Source: Candidatus Brocadiia bacterium
GTDB lineage: Bacteria; Planctomycetota; Brocadiia; CAIUPP01
Reading direction: 5' to 3'
DNA: 64,000 bases
Assembly: GCA_050015075.1 (NCBI GenBank)
Contig: JBEKCB010000011.1
Location: forward strand, 36,640-100,639
The translations under genes and the position numbers were made by a program. Shown here in pieces: positions 1-9,098 of the stretch (position 1 is its first letter; the number at the start of each line of letters is the position of its first letter). Under the pieces are notes generated by a model, which was not told where the DNA came from, searched no databases, and saw nothing but the letters and a program-made list of their open reading frames with translations.

Positions 1-2
1 TG

Positions 3-143
3 GAGATGTGCGCGCAGTCCGAGGATGAGGAAATCCGCGACGCCGCCGGCGACGCGCTCGACGAGTTCTACCACGCCTCGCGCGCCGACGATGAAGAGGC
101 CGACGATTACGGGCAGTCGGACGATGAGACCGAGGAAGAGTAA
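3..143 (+). CDS. 3' end of an upstream gene; highly acidic C-terminal tail (…DDEEADDYGQSDDETEEE*), function unknown
   Basis: Open frame 3 from the window edge to TAA at 141-143, with GC3-rich coding codon usage. No start codon in the window. Confidence 0.3.
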   Translation, partial: EMCAQSEDEEIRDAAGDALDEFYHASRADDEEADDYGQSDDETEEE

Positions 144-200
144 TTGCCGAATGCCGATTGCCGATTGCCGAATGCTTAATGACGAATGACGGCTAATTGG
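144..200. repeat. Short tandem heptamer-like repeats (TTGCCGA/ATGCCGA/ATGACGA, about 6 units) directly after the stop codon
   Basis: Read directly: ttgccgaatgccgattgccgattgccgaatgcttaatgacgaatgacgg. Locally AT-richer than the flanks. Confidence 0.5.
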
Positions 201-222
201 ATGATGCGCTTGGAGTGCGGCT

Positions 223-594
223 ATGGATTGTCCTCGCTGTCACCGACCGCTGAACAAGACGCCGGTTGACGAAGTGGTGTTCGACCGCTGCGGCGTGTGC
301 GGCGGGCTGTGGCTGGAGTTCGCTCAACTCGACGACGTGCTCGCGCGCGAATCGCACTCGCTGCACGACCTGCTGCCGAAGGACGTCCTCGCTGTCCCTG
401 ACGACGGCGCGCCGCCGGCCTGTCCGCGCTGCAGCGCCGCACTGATCCGCATGCGCGCCTCGCCCGAGCCGCTGATCTATTACGCCTGTCTCGGCTGCTA
501 CGGCCGCTGGCTCGACGGCAACCAGATCGAGCGAATCGTCGGCCGCCCGCTCGCCGCCAAATTCGACAAACTCTTCCAGAGACTCTTTGATTGA
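223..594 (+). CDS. Tandem zinc-ribbon (CPxC…CxxCGG) domain protein, function unknown
   Basis: Two CxxC…CxxC units (CPRCHRPL…CGVCGG and CPRCSA…CLGCYG). A GGAG-like SD sits 6-7 nt upstream of the ATG. 123 aa. Confidence 0.55.
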   Translation: MDCPRCHRPLNKTPVDEVVFDRCGVCGGLWLEFAQLDDVLARESHSLHDLLPKDVLAVPDDGAPPACPRCSAALIRMRASPEPLIYYACLGCYGRWLDGNQIERIVGRPLAAKFDKLFQRLFD

Positions 595-605
595 GCGAAT
601 TGCTG

Positions 606-665
606 CGCTTGTAGTGGCGCCGTAATGCGCTATTTCGTATGCCCTGACGGGCACACTACAAGCGG
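606..665. repeat. Palindromic repeat family D, copy 1 (cttgtagtggcgcc…cactacaag)
   Basis: 9-bp terminal inverted stems around a conserved core GCGCTATTTCGTA. Related copies lie at 5807-5866 (reverse orientation) and 17024-17083. Intergenic, between two convergent gene ends. Confidence 0.7.
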
Positions 666-667
666 CG

Positions 668-1852
668 TCAACTGGAACTTGGAACTTGGAAATCGGTCAT
701 CGCGCTCAAGAGCATGTCGCGGCCCACCGGAGTCCAGACGGCGTCCCGGAGTTTCATCGCGTCGGCGGGCGAGGGAATCCCTTTTCCGCCGATGGGGCCC
801 GGCGCGGCGGCGCCGCCGAAGAGTTTCGGGGCGATGAAGATGCGGACTTCGTCCACGAGGCGGTGGTCGAAGAAATCGGCCAGGACGCCCGCGCCGCCCT
901 CGACCATGAGGTTGGTGATCCGCTCGGCGCCGAGCGCGCGCAGGAGTTGTTCCGCATCCACGCGCCCGCGCGCGCCACGGAGCGGCAGGACGCGGCAGCC
1001 GGCGCCGGTGAGCCGCCGCCGGCGCGCCGGGGGAACTGAGGCGAGGCAGGCGATGAGCAACGGCGCCTCGCGGGCGGTGGCGACGAGCCGGCTGGTCAAC
1101 GGAATTCTCGCCTCGGCGTCGAGCACGATGCGCAGCGGATTGCGCGCTTCGGTGACGCGGTCCTTCGACAATTGTTCAGGGCCGCCCTGAGCGAACTCGA
1201 ATGGGCGGCAGGTGAGCAGCGGGTCGTCGCGCAGGACCGTGCCGATGCCGACGAGGACGGCGTCGGCCTGGTTGCGCCATCGGTGGACGAGATCCCTGGA
1301 GGCGTCCGAGGAGATCCATCGGGACTCGCCGGTGACGGTGGCGATTTTGCCATCGGCGGTCATGGCCCACTTGGCGATGACGTAGGGCATGCCGCGCGCG
1401 CGCAGCTTGAGGAACGGCGCGATCATCCGCAGGCACTCCTTCTCGAGCACGCCGGTCACGACGGCGATTCCGGCGGCTTCGAGGCGGGGAACGGCGCTCT
1501 GCTGCGTCGGGTCGCCGGCGCCGATGACGACTCGGCGGAAGCCGGCTTTCAGGACGGCGTCGCAGCAGGGCGGGGTCTTCTTGCTGAGGCCGGTGCACGG
1601 TTCGAGCGTGACGTAAAGCGTCGCGCCCCGGCAGGCGCCGGCGGCCGCATCCATCGCGCGGATTTCAGCGTGCGGACCGCCGAAGCGCTCGTGGAAGCCT
1701 TCGCCGACGAGCTTGCCACGGCGCACGATGACCGCGCCGACCGGCGGGTTCGGCTCCGCGCGCCCGCGGCCTTGGGCCGCCAGTTCCAGCGCCCGCCGCA
1801 TCCAGCGGACGTCGCCGGCGCTCGCGGCCTGGTTTTGTTCTTTACTCCGCAT
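668..1852 (-). CDS. ribD: Bifunctional riboflavin biosynthesis protein RibD (diaminohydroxyphosphoribosylaminopyrimidine deaminase / 5-amino-6-(5-phosphoribosylamino)uracil reductase)
   Basis: N-terminal CMP/dCMP-type deaminase motifs (MRRALELA…HAEI…PCTGL…PCC) followed by a RibD-C reductase domain (KWAMTADGKIA…). GGAGG SD upstream. 394 aa. Confidence 0.9.
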   Translation of the reverse strand: MRSKEQNQAASAGDVRWMRRALELAAQGRGRAEPNPPVGAVIVRRGKLVGEGFHERFGGPHAEIRAMDAAAGACRGATLYVTLEPCTGLSKKTPPCCDAVLKAGFRRVVIGAGDPTQQSAVPRLEAAGIAVVTGVLEKECLRMIAPFLKLRARGMPYVIAKWAMTADGKIATVTGESRWISSDASRDLVHRWRNQADAVLVGIGTVLRDDPLLTCRPFEFAQGGPEQLSKDRVTEARNPLRIVLDAEARIPLTSRLVATAREAPLLIACLASVPPARRRRLTGAGCRVLPLRGARGRVDAEQLLRALGAERITNLMVEGGAGVLADFFDHRLVDEVRIFIAPKLFGGAAAPGPIGGKGIPSPADAMKLRDAVWTPVGRDMLLSAMTDFQVPSSS

Positions 1853-2007
1853 TCCGCGCTCCCGCCTCCGCTAAGGCTACGGCGGGCAAGCCGCACTCGA
1901 GAACGTGCCTTGCAACGCGCCGCTGCCGTCCGTATAATTCGCGCGGCTCCGGTCGCGGCGCCGCGTTCAAACGGGTGCTCCTTATGATACCGTTGAGGAG
2001 AGTGAAA

Positions 2008-3069
2008 ATGAAGCGGATTTCCTGGGAAGCCTATCTCGGCCTCGAAGTCAGCGAAAGAATTCCGTACTTGAACAAGGAAGGCGCGGAGAACGAGCCGTTC
2101 CACGTGCTTTACGCGCAGCAGTTCGACCGCAAGATGCTCGATGAGCTGTGCACGCTGGCCGACCGGATCCGCAAGGTGCACAAGGCGCCGGAGGGCGCGG
2201 CGCTGCTGCGCACGCTGCTGCCGAACAAGACGGCGCTGAACCTGTTCGCGCAACCGAGCACGCGCACGTTCATGTCGTTCCAGCTCGCCGAGCAGAAACT
2301 GGGCATGGTGACGAGCGACATCCGCGACATGTCCACCTCGTCCCAGGCGAAGGGCGAGACGCTGCAGAATTCCATCCGCACGTTCAGTTCCTACGTGGAC
2401 CTGATCGTCATGCGCCATCCCGACCAGGGCGCGGCCGAGCTGGCGGCCTATGAGATGAACATGGCCGACCGGCGCCTGCCGGTGCTCAACGGCGGCTCCG
2501 GCCAGGACCAGCATCCGACGCAGGCGCTGCTGGACATCTACACGCTGCAGAAATCGCTCGACGAGATTGACGGCAAGAAGATCGCGATGGTCGGCGACCT
2601 GATGCGCGGGCGCACGGTCCGCTCGCTCTCGTACCTGCTGAAGAATTACCGGGACGTGGAAATCTACTACGTCGCGCCGGAGCGGCTGCGCATCGGCGAC
2701 GACATCAAGGCGTTCCTCAAGAAACAGCACATCCGCTATACCGAGAGCGACAACATCGAGGCGATCGTCCCGATCGTGGACGCGATCTACATGACGCGCA
2801 TCCAGTGGGAATGGGACAAGGCGGCCGGGGCGAAGGCGGGCGACGCGAAGTACGACCCGCGCTTCGTGTTCAAGAAGGAATACCTGCGGCGGATGAAGAA
2901 GAAGTCCTGCCTGATGCACCCGTTGCCGAAGATCAACGAGATTGATCCGGAACTCGACTACGTCGAGGATCCGCGGATCGTCTACTGGCGGCAGGAGCGC
3001 AACGGCATGTGGATCCGCGCGGCGCTCATCGCGCGCATTTTCGGAGTGGACGGACAGATTCCGGAATGA
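2008..3069 (+). CDS. pyrB: Aspartate carbamoyltransferase catalytic-chain family protein with a non-canonical STRTF motif and an N-terminal extension
   Basis: Colinear with E. coli PyrB: STRT(F) vs STRTR, KGETL…YVD.IVMRHP, HPTQALLD, MVGDL..GRTV.S, YMTRIQ, HPLP. GGAGAG SD at 2000-2005. An alternative start at 1975 is possible. Confidence 0.8.
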   Translation: MKRISWEAYLGLEVSERIPYLNKEGAENEPFHVLYAQQFDRKMLDELCTLADRIRKVHKAPEGAALLRTLLPNKTALNLFAQPSTRTFMSFQLAEQKLGMVTSDIRDMSTSSQAKGETLQNSIRTFSSYVDLIVMRHPDQGAAELAAYEMNMADRRLPVLNGGSGQDQHPTQALLDIYTLQKSLDEIDGKKIAMVGDLMRGRTVRSLSYLLKNYRDVEIYYVAPERLRIGDDIKAFLKKQHIRYTESDNIEAIVPIVDAIYMTRIQWEWDKAAGAKAGDAKYDPRFVFKKEYLRRMKKKSCLMHPLPKINEIDPELDYVEDPRIVYWRQERNGMWIRAALIARIFGVDGQIPE

Positions 3070-3079
3070 AGGCGGAAGA

Positions 3080-4087
3080 ATGACCTCGCGCCTCGGGTTA
3101 AAGAATCTGACGGCCTTCAGCCGCCAACTGGGCACCATGCTCAGCGCGGGGTTGCCGATCCGGCGCGCGCTGGCGGTGGTCGAAAGGAGCGCCCGGCCGC
3201 CGATGAAGGGGGTCTTTCACCGCGTCGGAATGGCCATCGAGGAGGGCGACACCGTCTCCGAGGCGCTCGAGCGCGAAGGGCGCGCGTTCCCGGTGCTCTA
3301 CATCCGACTGGTCCGCATGGGCGAAGCCGTCGGCAACCTCGACAAGGTCTTCGTCCGGCTGGCCGAGTATTACGACTTCGTCCGCGCCATGTGGATGAAG
3401 CTGATCACGCGCCTGATTTACCCGCTCATCGAATACTGGGCGGCCATCGGCGTCCTGGCGCTGGTGGCCTACATCCGCAGCATGTTCCTGCCGAACGGCA
3501 ACGGATCGCCTCGGCAGGCCCTGACCATCCTGGGTCTCGGCATCCTCGTCTTCTGCGCGCCCATCGTCGCGTACTTCGCGCTCACGCGCAGCCTGAGCGG
3601 CTCGCGCACGGTGCATGAGCTGCTGCTCCGCGTGCCGGTGCTGGGCAATGTCTTCCGCACCCTGGCGCTGGCGCGGTTCTGCTGGTCCATGGAGATGATG
3701 ACCGACTCGGCCGTGAACATCTTCAACGCGATCCAGTGGAGCATGGAGGCGACGGCCAACAGCGCGTTCGAGGCGCGGACGCCGGAGATCATCCAGCAGA
3801 TCAAGGACGGCCTGCCGCTCTCCAAGAGCCTGGAGCTGTCCGGCCTGTTCCCGCACGACTGCATCGAGATGATCTCGGTCGCGGAGGAATCCGGCAGCAT
3901 GCCGGAGACGTTCAAGCGGCTGGCGAAGAATTATTTCGAGGCGGCGGACCTGGCGTTGCGGGCGCTAGTCTCGGCGTTCACCTGGTTCATCTGGGCGGCC
4001 ATCGCCGCGTTCATCATCTACAACATCTTCCAGTTCGCGATGATCTACATCAACGCGCTCAACGGCGCCTTGAACGAGGTCAACTAG
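3080..4087 (+). CDS. Type II secretion / type IV pilus platform protein (GspF/PilC family), orphan
   Basis: Two T2SS-F-like cytoplasmic domains separated by TM helices (…GLPIRRALAVVE…, …MISVAEESGSMPETFKRLA…). No cognate GspE/PilB ATPase in the window. Confidence 0.75.
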   Translation: MTSRLGLKNLTAFSRQLGTMLSAGLPIRRALAVVERSARPPMKGVFHRVGMAIEEGDTVSEALEREGRAFPVLYIRLVRMGEAVGNLDKVFVRLAEYYDFVRAMWMKLITRLIYPLIEYWAAIGVLALVAYIRSMFLPNGNGSPRQALTILGLGILVFCAPIVAYFALTRSLSGSRTVHELLLRVPVLGNVFRTLALARFCWSMEMMTDSAVNIFNAIQWSMEATANSAFEARTPEIIQQIKDGLPLSKSLELSGLFPHDCIEMISVAEESGSMPETFKRLAKNYFEAADLALRALVSAFTWFIWAAIAAFIIYNIFQFAMIYINALNGALNEVN

Positions 4088-4189
4088 CGGCGGCGGCGTT
4101 CGGCCGCCAATTTCCAAGGCCAAAATGAATGAAGGCCGGCGATCTCCGGCCCGTTTGCGGATATTGGATATTGGGCTTTGGAAATTACT

Positions 4190-5668
4190 TCAGTGCGCTT
4201 CCTGCACGTTGATCTTGAGGCGGTCCATCGCCTGCGCGAGACCGATGAATGAGGCGCAGGCGGCGGGGCCGTCCAGGGCGGTGGCGACCAGCTTGATGTG
4301 GGTGGCATCCACCACGTCGGCCGGCCGCGTGGCGTCGAAGGCGGTCCAGTCGTTGAGGAACGCCTCGGTCCACATGTGGCCGAAGAACTGGCCCTTCGCG
4401 TAGGTGACGCCGACGGCCACGCGCGACGGGATTCCCGCCGCCCGCAGCAGCGCGGCGAGCAGCATGGCGTGCTCTTTGCAATCGCCCTCGCGCGAGAGCA
4501 CCGTCTCCTTCGCCGAGGCGAAGCCGACGTTGTAATCCTTTTTCGTGATGTTCGTGAACACCCACGCGGCGAGCTGTTTCGCCTTCACCGCCGGGGCGGC
4601 CGAGGGCGTGACGTTGTCGCGCGCGATGCGCCGGATGTCCGGGTCGTCGCTCTGCAGGTACGCGGAGGCGGCCAGGTATTCCGGCCCGGGCCTCTCCGCC
4701 GAAAGTTCCGCCGCGTCGGGGAGCGCCTTCACCCGCAGCAGCACCCAGCCGGGACCCTGGCTCTCGACCTTCTGACGCCGGTCCTGGAAGTTCAACTGGG
4801 CGATGGCGCCTTCGATCCGGTAGAGCGCATCCTGGATCGCGGCCGGGTGATCGAACTTCACGTTCGAGACGATCATGAAGCGTTTCGCCAGGTCCTCGAT
4901 CTGGCCGGGCGAGTTCACCACGCTCACCGCCTCCGCGCGCGTGGCGCGGGTCGTCTCGACGCCGCCGATGATGTCCGTCACGCTCTTGAGCGTGTCGCCT
5001 TTCTCATCGAGCCAGACGTGCGTCACAACGCCCGGCAGCGCATCCATCACCGAGGCGGCCTTGTAGAGCTCGCGCGGCTGGCCCTCGATCATCACCGTCT
5101 CGCGGCCCTCGACCGTCATCGTCGCCGTGACGACTTTGTGGAGTTCGAGCATGTAGAGCTTGAACGTGAGGGCCTTGCCGATCGGGAAGCCCGACTCGCG
5201 CAGCTTGCGCGACTGGGCCTCGGGTCCGATTACCGCCGGGTCCCAGACGGATTCGCTGACGTGCGTTGTCCCGCCCGTATGCGTGGTCACGACCACCTTG
5301 GCGCCCTGGACTTTCGCCTCCGAGTCACTCACCATCGCGCCGGACTGGGAAGAGGTCGCGCGGAGCAGCGCCCCTTCGGGCGTCTCATAGTATTCCTCGG
5401 CCGTGCGGAAGGCGAGCGTCGCGCCGAAGCGTTTGATGCGCATCTCGCAGAAGGTCGAGGTGACGATCTCCGGTTCCGGCTCGGCGACCTGGCGCGTGAT
5501 CGCGTGAGCGTAGCCGACCCGCGCGCCGGACATCGAGATGATGTCCCACGAGTCATGCATCGGCGGCTCGACCTTCTGCGCCGCGCACCCGATCGAGCAG
5601 ACGAGCGCACCGAGCAGAAGAACCAGGGCCTGGGACCAGACGGCGGGGTTTCGGGATCGCATGTTCAT
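4190..5668 (-). CDS. Transglutaminase-like (Cys-protease fold) lipoprotein
   Basis: Signal peptide with a lipobox-like LVCSIGC. Transglutaminase core motif around EGDCKEHAMLLAALLRAAGIPSRVAVG. 492 aa. Confidence 0.75.
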   Translation of the reverse strand: MNMRSRNPAVWSQALVLLLGALVCSIGCAAQKVEPPMHDSWDIISMSGARVGYAHAITRQVAEPEPEIVTSTFCEMRIKRFGATLAFRTAEEYYETPEGALLRATSSQSGAMVSDSEAKVQGAKVVVTTHTGGTTHVSESVWDPAVIGPEAQSRKLRESGFPIGKALTFKLYMLELHKVVTATMTVEGRETVMIEGQPRELYKAASVMDALPGVVTHVWLDEKGDTLKSVTDIIGGVETTRATRAEAVSVVNSPGQIEDLAKRFMIVSNVKFDHPAAIQDALYRIEGAIAQLNFQDRRQKVESQGPGWVLLRVKALPDAAELSAERPGPEYLAASAYLQSDDPDIRRIARDNVTPSAAPAVKAKQLAAWVFTNITKKDYNVGFASAKETVLSREGDCKEHAMLLAALLRAAGIPSRVAVGVTYAKGQFFGHMWTEAFLNDWTAFDATRPADVVDATHIKLVATALDGPAACASFIGLAQAMDRLKINVQEAH

Positions 5669-5806
5669 AGTCTTTCCAAGTGGGATGGAATCACGAAACC
5701 GCAGACATCAGAATACAGCAATTCGTTTAATGTACTTTCCCGGAGATAACATGCACAACTCGAGCCCGCGTCATGTCGCGCGCAGTACGCTGCGCGCTCC
5801 GGCTGC

Positions 5807-5866
5807 TCGTAGTGGGCCCGTCAGGGCTTACGAAATAGCGCCTGACGGCGCCACTACAAGCAGCGC
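5807..5866. repeat. Palindromic repeat family D, copy 2 (reverse orientation)
   Basis: Its reverse complement aligns to copy 1 (cttgtagtggcgccgtcaggcgctatttcgtaagccctgacgggcccactacgag). It lies between the transglutaminase start region and the convergent phosphoesterase gene end. Confidence 0.7.
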
Positions 5867-5929
5867 ATGAGATTCCTCGCTGCGCTCGGAATGACCAGAG
5901 ATTACGCAAGCTGTTTCCGGGCCAGTACA

Positions 5930-6688
5930 CTAGCGTCCGTACTCCAGCCGGCCCGCCGCCTCTTTGCTGATCGGGCCGACGCGGTCCATCTTGGACATTG
6001 TCGTGTGGAAGGGGTACTCGACGCGTCGGTAGGTGATGCGGTTCCCGTCCACGAGCACGTAGCAGGCGCGGTTGTCGCCGTCGCGCGGCTGCCCGACCGA
6101 ACCGACGTTGACGATAGCCTTCTGCCCGGGCGGCAGGTCGAACTCGGCGGCATTCTCGTCGGGATGGCGGAAGGTGATCTGCGGGTCAATGATTCCCGGA
6201 TAATGTGTGTGGCCCACGAACAGCAGGCGCGGCGTCAGCTCGAAAATCTGCCGGATCTTGTCGGCCATGCCGAAGAGGATGTCGCTCTCGAGGATGTATT
6301 CGTTGCGGTCGTCGCGCGGCGAGCCGTGGACGTAGAAGAGGTCGCCTTCGGTGATGCGCGTCGGGAGCAATTCCAGGAACCGCCAGCGCGCCTTCTTGCG
6401 TCCGCTCGAAAGCGCCGCCGGTTTGAGGACGCCGCGCGTGTAATCCACCGCCTCCTCGGCGAGCGGGTTGAACCGGTCCGCGTGGGTCAGCACCGCGTAG
6501 TCGTGGTTGCCCGAGAGGCAGAAACGGCACGACTTCTCGATCAGGTCAATGCACTCTTCCGGGTTCGGGCCGTAGCCGACGATGTCGCCCAGGCAAAGGA
6601 TTTCTTCGGCGCCCTGTTCCTGGATGTCCGCAAGCACCGCCTGGAGCGCCTCGATATTGCTGTGGACGTCGCTGATGATCGCCCGCAT
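5930..6688 (-). CDS. Metallophosphoesterase (calcineurin-like phosphoesterase family)
   Basis: Motifs DVHSN…GDIVGYGP…GNHD…GHTH, characteristic of the MPP superfamily. Start chosen at MRAIISDVH. A longer alternative runs to 6727. Confidence 0.8.
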   Translation of the reverse strand: MRAIISDVHSNIEALQAVLADIQEQGAEEILCLGDIVGYGPNPEECIDLIEKSCRFCLSGNHDYAVLTHADRFNPLAEEAVDYTRGVLKPAALSSGRKKARWRFLELLPTRITEGDLFYVHGSPRDDRNEYILESDILFGMADKIRQIFELTPRLLFVGHTHYPGIIDPQITFRHPDENAAEFDLPPGQKAIVNVGSVGQPRDGDNRACYVLVDGNRITYRRVEYPFHTTMSKMDRVGPISKEAAGRLEYGR

Positions 6689-6922
6689 CAATCCCTCTCG
6701 TCCGGGATACCGCCGAAGTGAATTCATCGCACGCCGGCGTCGCTCGCCGCGAATGCAGCCGGATTCAGCCGCCGGGCCTTCGCCGCCGGGCGCAGGCGCA
6801 ATTCTATCAGCCCCCGGAACGGCCTGTCAAAGATTGCTTTTGCCCGGCTGGGAATATAGACTGCTCCGCGTCAAGCGGATGGTTCTGCTCTCGATATTCA
6901 TTATTCGCCGCGCGAGGACCCG

Positions 6923-7459
6923 ATGCGGATTCTGGGCATTGATCCGGGCACGCGGATCGTCGGCTACGGGCTGGTGGAGCCGCAGGGCAACCGGATTATC
7001 GCCATCGCTTTCGGCGCCATCCGCGCCCCGACGAGCGTGCCATATGCCGAGCGGCTGCTGCGCATCCGCGATGAAATCGTCCGCGTCATACGACAGGAGA
7101 AGCCCGACGCCGTCGCGATCGAGGAAGCGTTCTACGGCAAGAGCGCCTCGTCCGCGCTGCGCATGGGCGAAGGCCGCGGCATGGCGCTGGTCGCCGTCGC
7201 GCAGGAGTCGCGCCCGCTATTCCAGTACACGCCCGCCGAGGTCAAGAAAGCCGTCGTCGGCAACGGCCGCGCGCACAAGTCGCAGGTCCAGCAGATGGTC
7301 CGCATGATCCTCGGCCTGCGCGAAGTGCCCGAGCCCGAAGACGCCGCCGACGCGCTGGCGGTGGCCATCTGTCATTGTAATCGGGCGCGATTCGAGGGCG
7401 CAGGCTTGGCTGGATCATTCAACGCGAAGAAATCGGTGATTGGGAAATTGGGAGATTAG
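6923..7459 (+). CDS. ruvC: Crossover junction endodeoxyribonuclease RuvC
   Basis: MRILGIDPGTR…AIEE.F…ADALA.AICH are RuvC signature residues. The last codons and stop codon lie inside repeat A1. Confidence 0.9.
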   Translation: MRILGIDPGTRIVGYGLVEPQGNRIIAIAFGAIRAPTSVPYAERLLRIRDEIVRVIRQEKPDAVAIEEAFYGKSASSALRMGEGRGMALVAVAQESRPLFQYTPAEVKKAVVGNGRAHKSQVQQMVRMILGLREVPEPEDAADALAVAICHCNRARFEGAGLAGSFNAKKSVIGKLGD

Positions 7460-7555
7460 GAGATTGGTAAATCAGGCAATTGGGAAATGGGCTTCGGGAA
7501 GCCGCCAGCCTGATTTCCGAATTTCCTAATCACCCAGTCTCCTAATTTCCCAATC
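7438..7555. repeat. Palindromic repeat family A, copy 1 (gattgggaaattgggagattagg… / …cctaatttcccaatc), about 118 bp of imperfect inverted repeat
   Basis: Two roughly 55-bp arms are reverse complements. It fills the entire ruvC(+)/holA(-) convergent intergenic space and overlaps both stop codons. Confidence 0.75.
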
Positions 7556-8594
7556 AATGCCCGGCGCAAAGTTTCAACACCAGCCGCTCCAGAATCCAGG
7601 TGTCGCGTCCGCCGCCGGTCTTGCAATCCACGTCCGCCCTGAGCACCTGGTGCAGCATGTCCTTCAGCTCGGGGATGGCCAGGCCCCGCTTCTCGCGGAG
7701 CAGTTTGCCGATGAGCCACGGCTGCGCGCCGGCGCGGCGGGCGATTTCGTCCTCCTTCAGGCCCTGCCGGGCGAGCTGCTTGATGACGATCAGCCGGCGG
7801 ATGTTGCGCCCGATCGGGACCAGCAGCCCTTGCGGACTGTCGCCGTCGCGGATGAGCCGATCGAGCGCGCGCAGCGCCTGCGGCGTCTTTCGATCGAGGA
7901 TCATCTCGGCCAATTCCCAGGCCAGCCAGAGGCGGTCGCCGCCGCACAGGTCCGCTACGTCCTTCTCGGTGATGCGCGGCCGTTCTTTGCAGCAGGCGAT
8001 CAGGTTCCGGATTTGCCCGTCCATCTGGCCGAGGTTCGTCCCGATCCGGTCGGCCAGGAGCGCGGCCGCATTCGACTCCATCGGCTTGCCGAGCGCGCGC
8101 GCCCGCTGGACGCACCAGCCGGCGAGCGCTTTCTGAGGGACGACCGGACATTGCACCGTCGTGATTTTGCGGAGCACGCGCGCTTTGTCCTGCGCGGCCG
8201 CTTTCGGCGGTTCCTTCTTCGGCTTCTTCGACGGCTTCCGCGCGGACTTGCGCGCCTCGCCGGCGACCAGCACGAGCGTCGTCCGGGGCGACGGCTGCTC
8301 GACGTAGCGCAGCAGCGGCGCGGGCGCCCGGTCGAGGAGCAGCGCGGCGTTCTCGATGAGCACCAGCCGCCGCGGCGCGAAGAGCGACGGCGTACGGAGG
8401 TCGTCGAGCAGCTTGAGCGGCTCGCCCTCGGCCGCGTCGAGTTCGAACGTGTCGCACGGCTCTTTCCCGAGCGCCGCCTTCTCGCGGAGCAGCCTGACCG
8501 CCTCGGTGCGCAGGAAATCCTCCGGGCCGGCGACGAGGTAAACCGGGTCGAGCTCGCCGCTCGCAAGATGTTTCGGCAGCTCCGAAAAATTCAT
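7554..8594 (-). CDS. holA: DNA polymerase III delta subunit HolA
   Basis: N-terminal 'PVYLVAGPEDFLR' and overall delta-subunit architecture. 346 aa. Confidence 0.8.
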   Translation of the reverse strand: MNFSELPKHLASGELDPVYLVAGPEDFLRTEAVRLLREKAALGKEPCDTFELDAAEGEPLKLLDDLRTPSLFAPRRLVLIENAALLLDRAPAPLLRYVEQPSPRTTLVLVAGEARKSARKPSKKPKKEPPKAAAQDKARVLRKITTVQCPVVPQKALAGWCVQRARALGKPMESNAAALLADRIGTNLGQMDGQIRNLIACCKERPRITEKDVADLCGGDRLWLAWELAEMILDRKTPQALRALDRLIRDGDSPQGLLVPIGRNIRRLIVIKQLARQGLKEDEIARRAGAQPWLIGKLLREKRGLAIPELKDMLHQVLRADVDCKTGGGRDTWILERLVLKLCAGH

Positions 8595-8741
8595 GTCTTA
8601 CTCCGCCTCCGATCCGATGCGCCGGCCCGCGCTCTGCCACGCTAGATCGTATCGTGTGCGGCTGCTCCGGGCAAGTTGATCCGCCTCGCGCCCGGCATGA
8701 AGCAGTTGAATAGAGGCGCGCGAAGTTGCTAAAATACCGTT

Positions 8742-9017
8742 ATGAAGTTCGAAGAGGAAAAACCGAAAAACCCGTCTGCCGGCGAGCGGCACGCCTTGCT
8801 CCTGGGCCTCGGCCTGGACGGCGACGGCCAGAAGCGCGTGACGGTGGGGAAAAATTTCCTCCTGGCCGGCGGCTCGGCGCCCACCCACGAGCGGATGCAG
8901 GAAAAGGCGATCAAGTTCAACGAGGAACTCGACCGGCGCCGCAAGCGCCTCGAGGACATCGAGCCGGCCGAGTTCCACGACATCGCCGATCATATCCGGA
9001 TGCATGACGAGTCCTGA
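8742..9017 (+). CDS. Small hypothetical protein (91 aa), charged/K-E rich
   Basis: ORF with coding-like composition between holA and cutA. Its stop codon abuts repeat A2. No recognisable family. Confidence 0.4.
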   Translation: MKFEEEKPKNPSAGERHALLLGLGLDGDGQKRVTVGKNFLLAGGSAPTHERMQEKAIKFNEELDRRRKRLEDIEPAEFHDIADHIRMHDES

Positions 9018-9098
9018 TTGGGAAATTGGGAGACTGGGAAATTGGGCTTCGGGAAAAGCGCCAGTCCTGATCTCCCAATTACCCAATCGCCGAATCTC
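9016..9098. repeat. Palindromic repeat family A, copy 2 (shorter variant)
   Basis: Shares gattgggaaattgggaga, gggcttcgggaa and gccag(c/t)cctgat with copy 1. It overlaps the TTG-initiated 5' end of the cutA ORF. Confidence 0.7.

Noticed and set aside
1853-1975. FMN riboswitch upstream of ribD
   Set aside because: Only about 120 nt are available and none of the conserved RFN-element motifs are present. The region holds an SD for ribD and a TATAAT for the divergent pyrB-like gene.
1549-3138. 529-aa minus-strand ORF overlapping the pyrB-like gene
   Set aside because: The opposite strand carries a gene with unambiguous ATCase homology. No homology signal in the antisense frame.
7456-8645. Alternative-frame ORFs (394 aa minus, 362 aa plus) over holA
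   Set aside because: The holA frame (7554-8594, minus) shows DNA Pol III delta homology. The others are frame artefacts that begin inside repeat A1.
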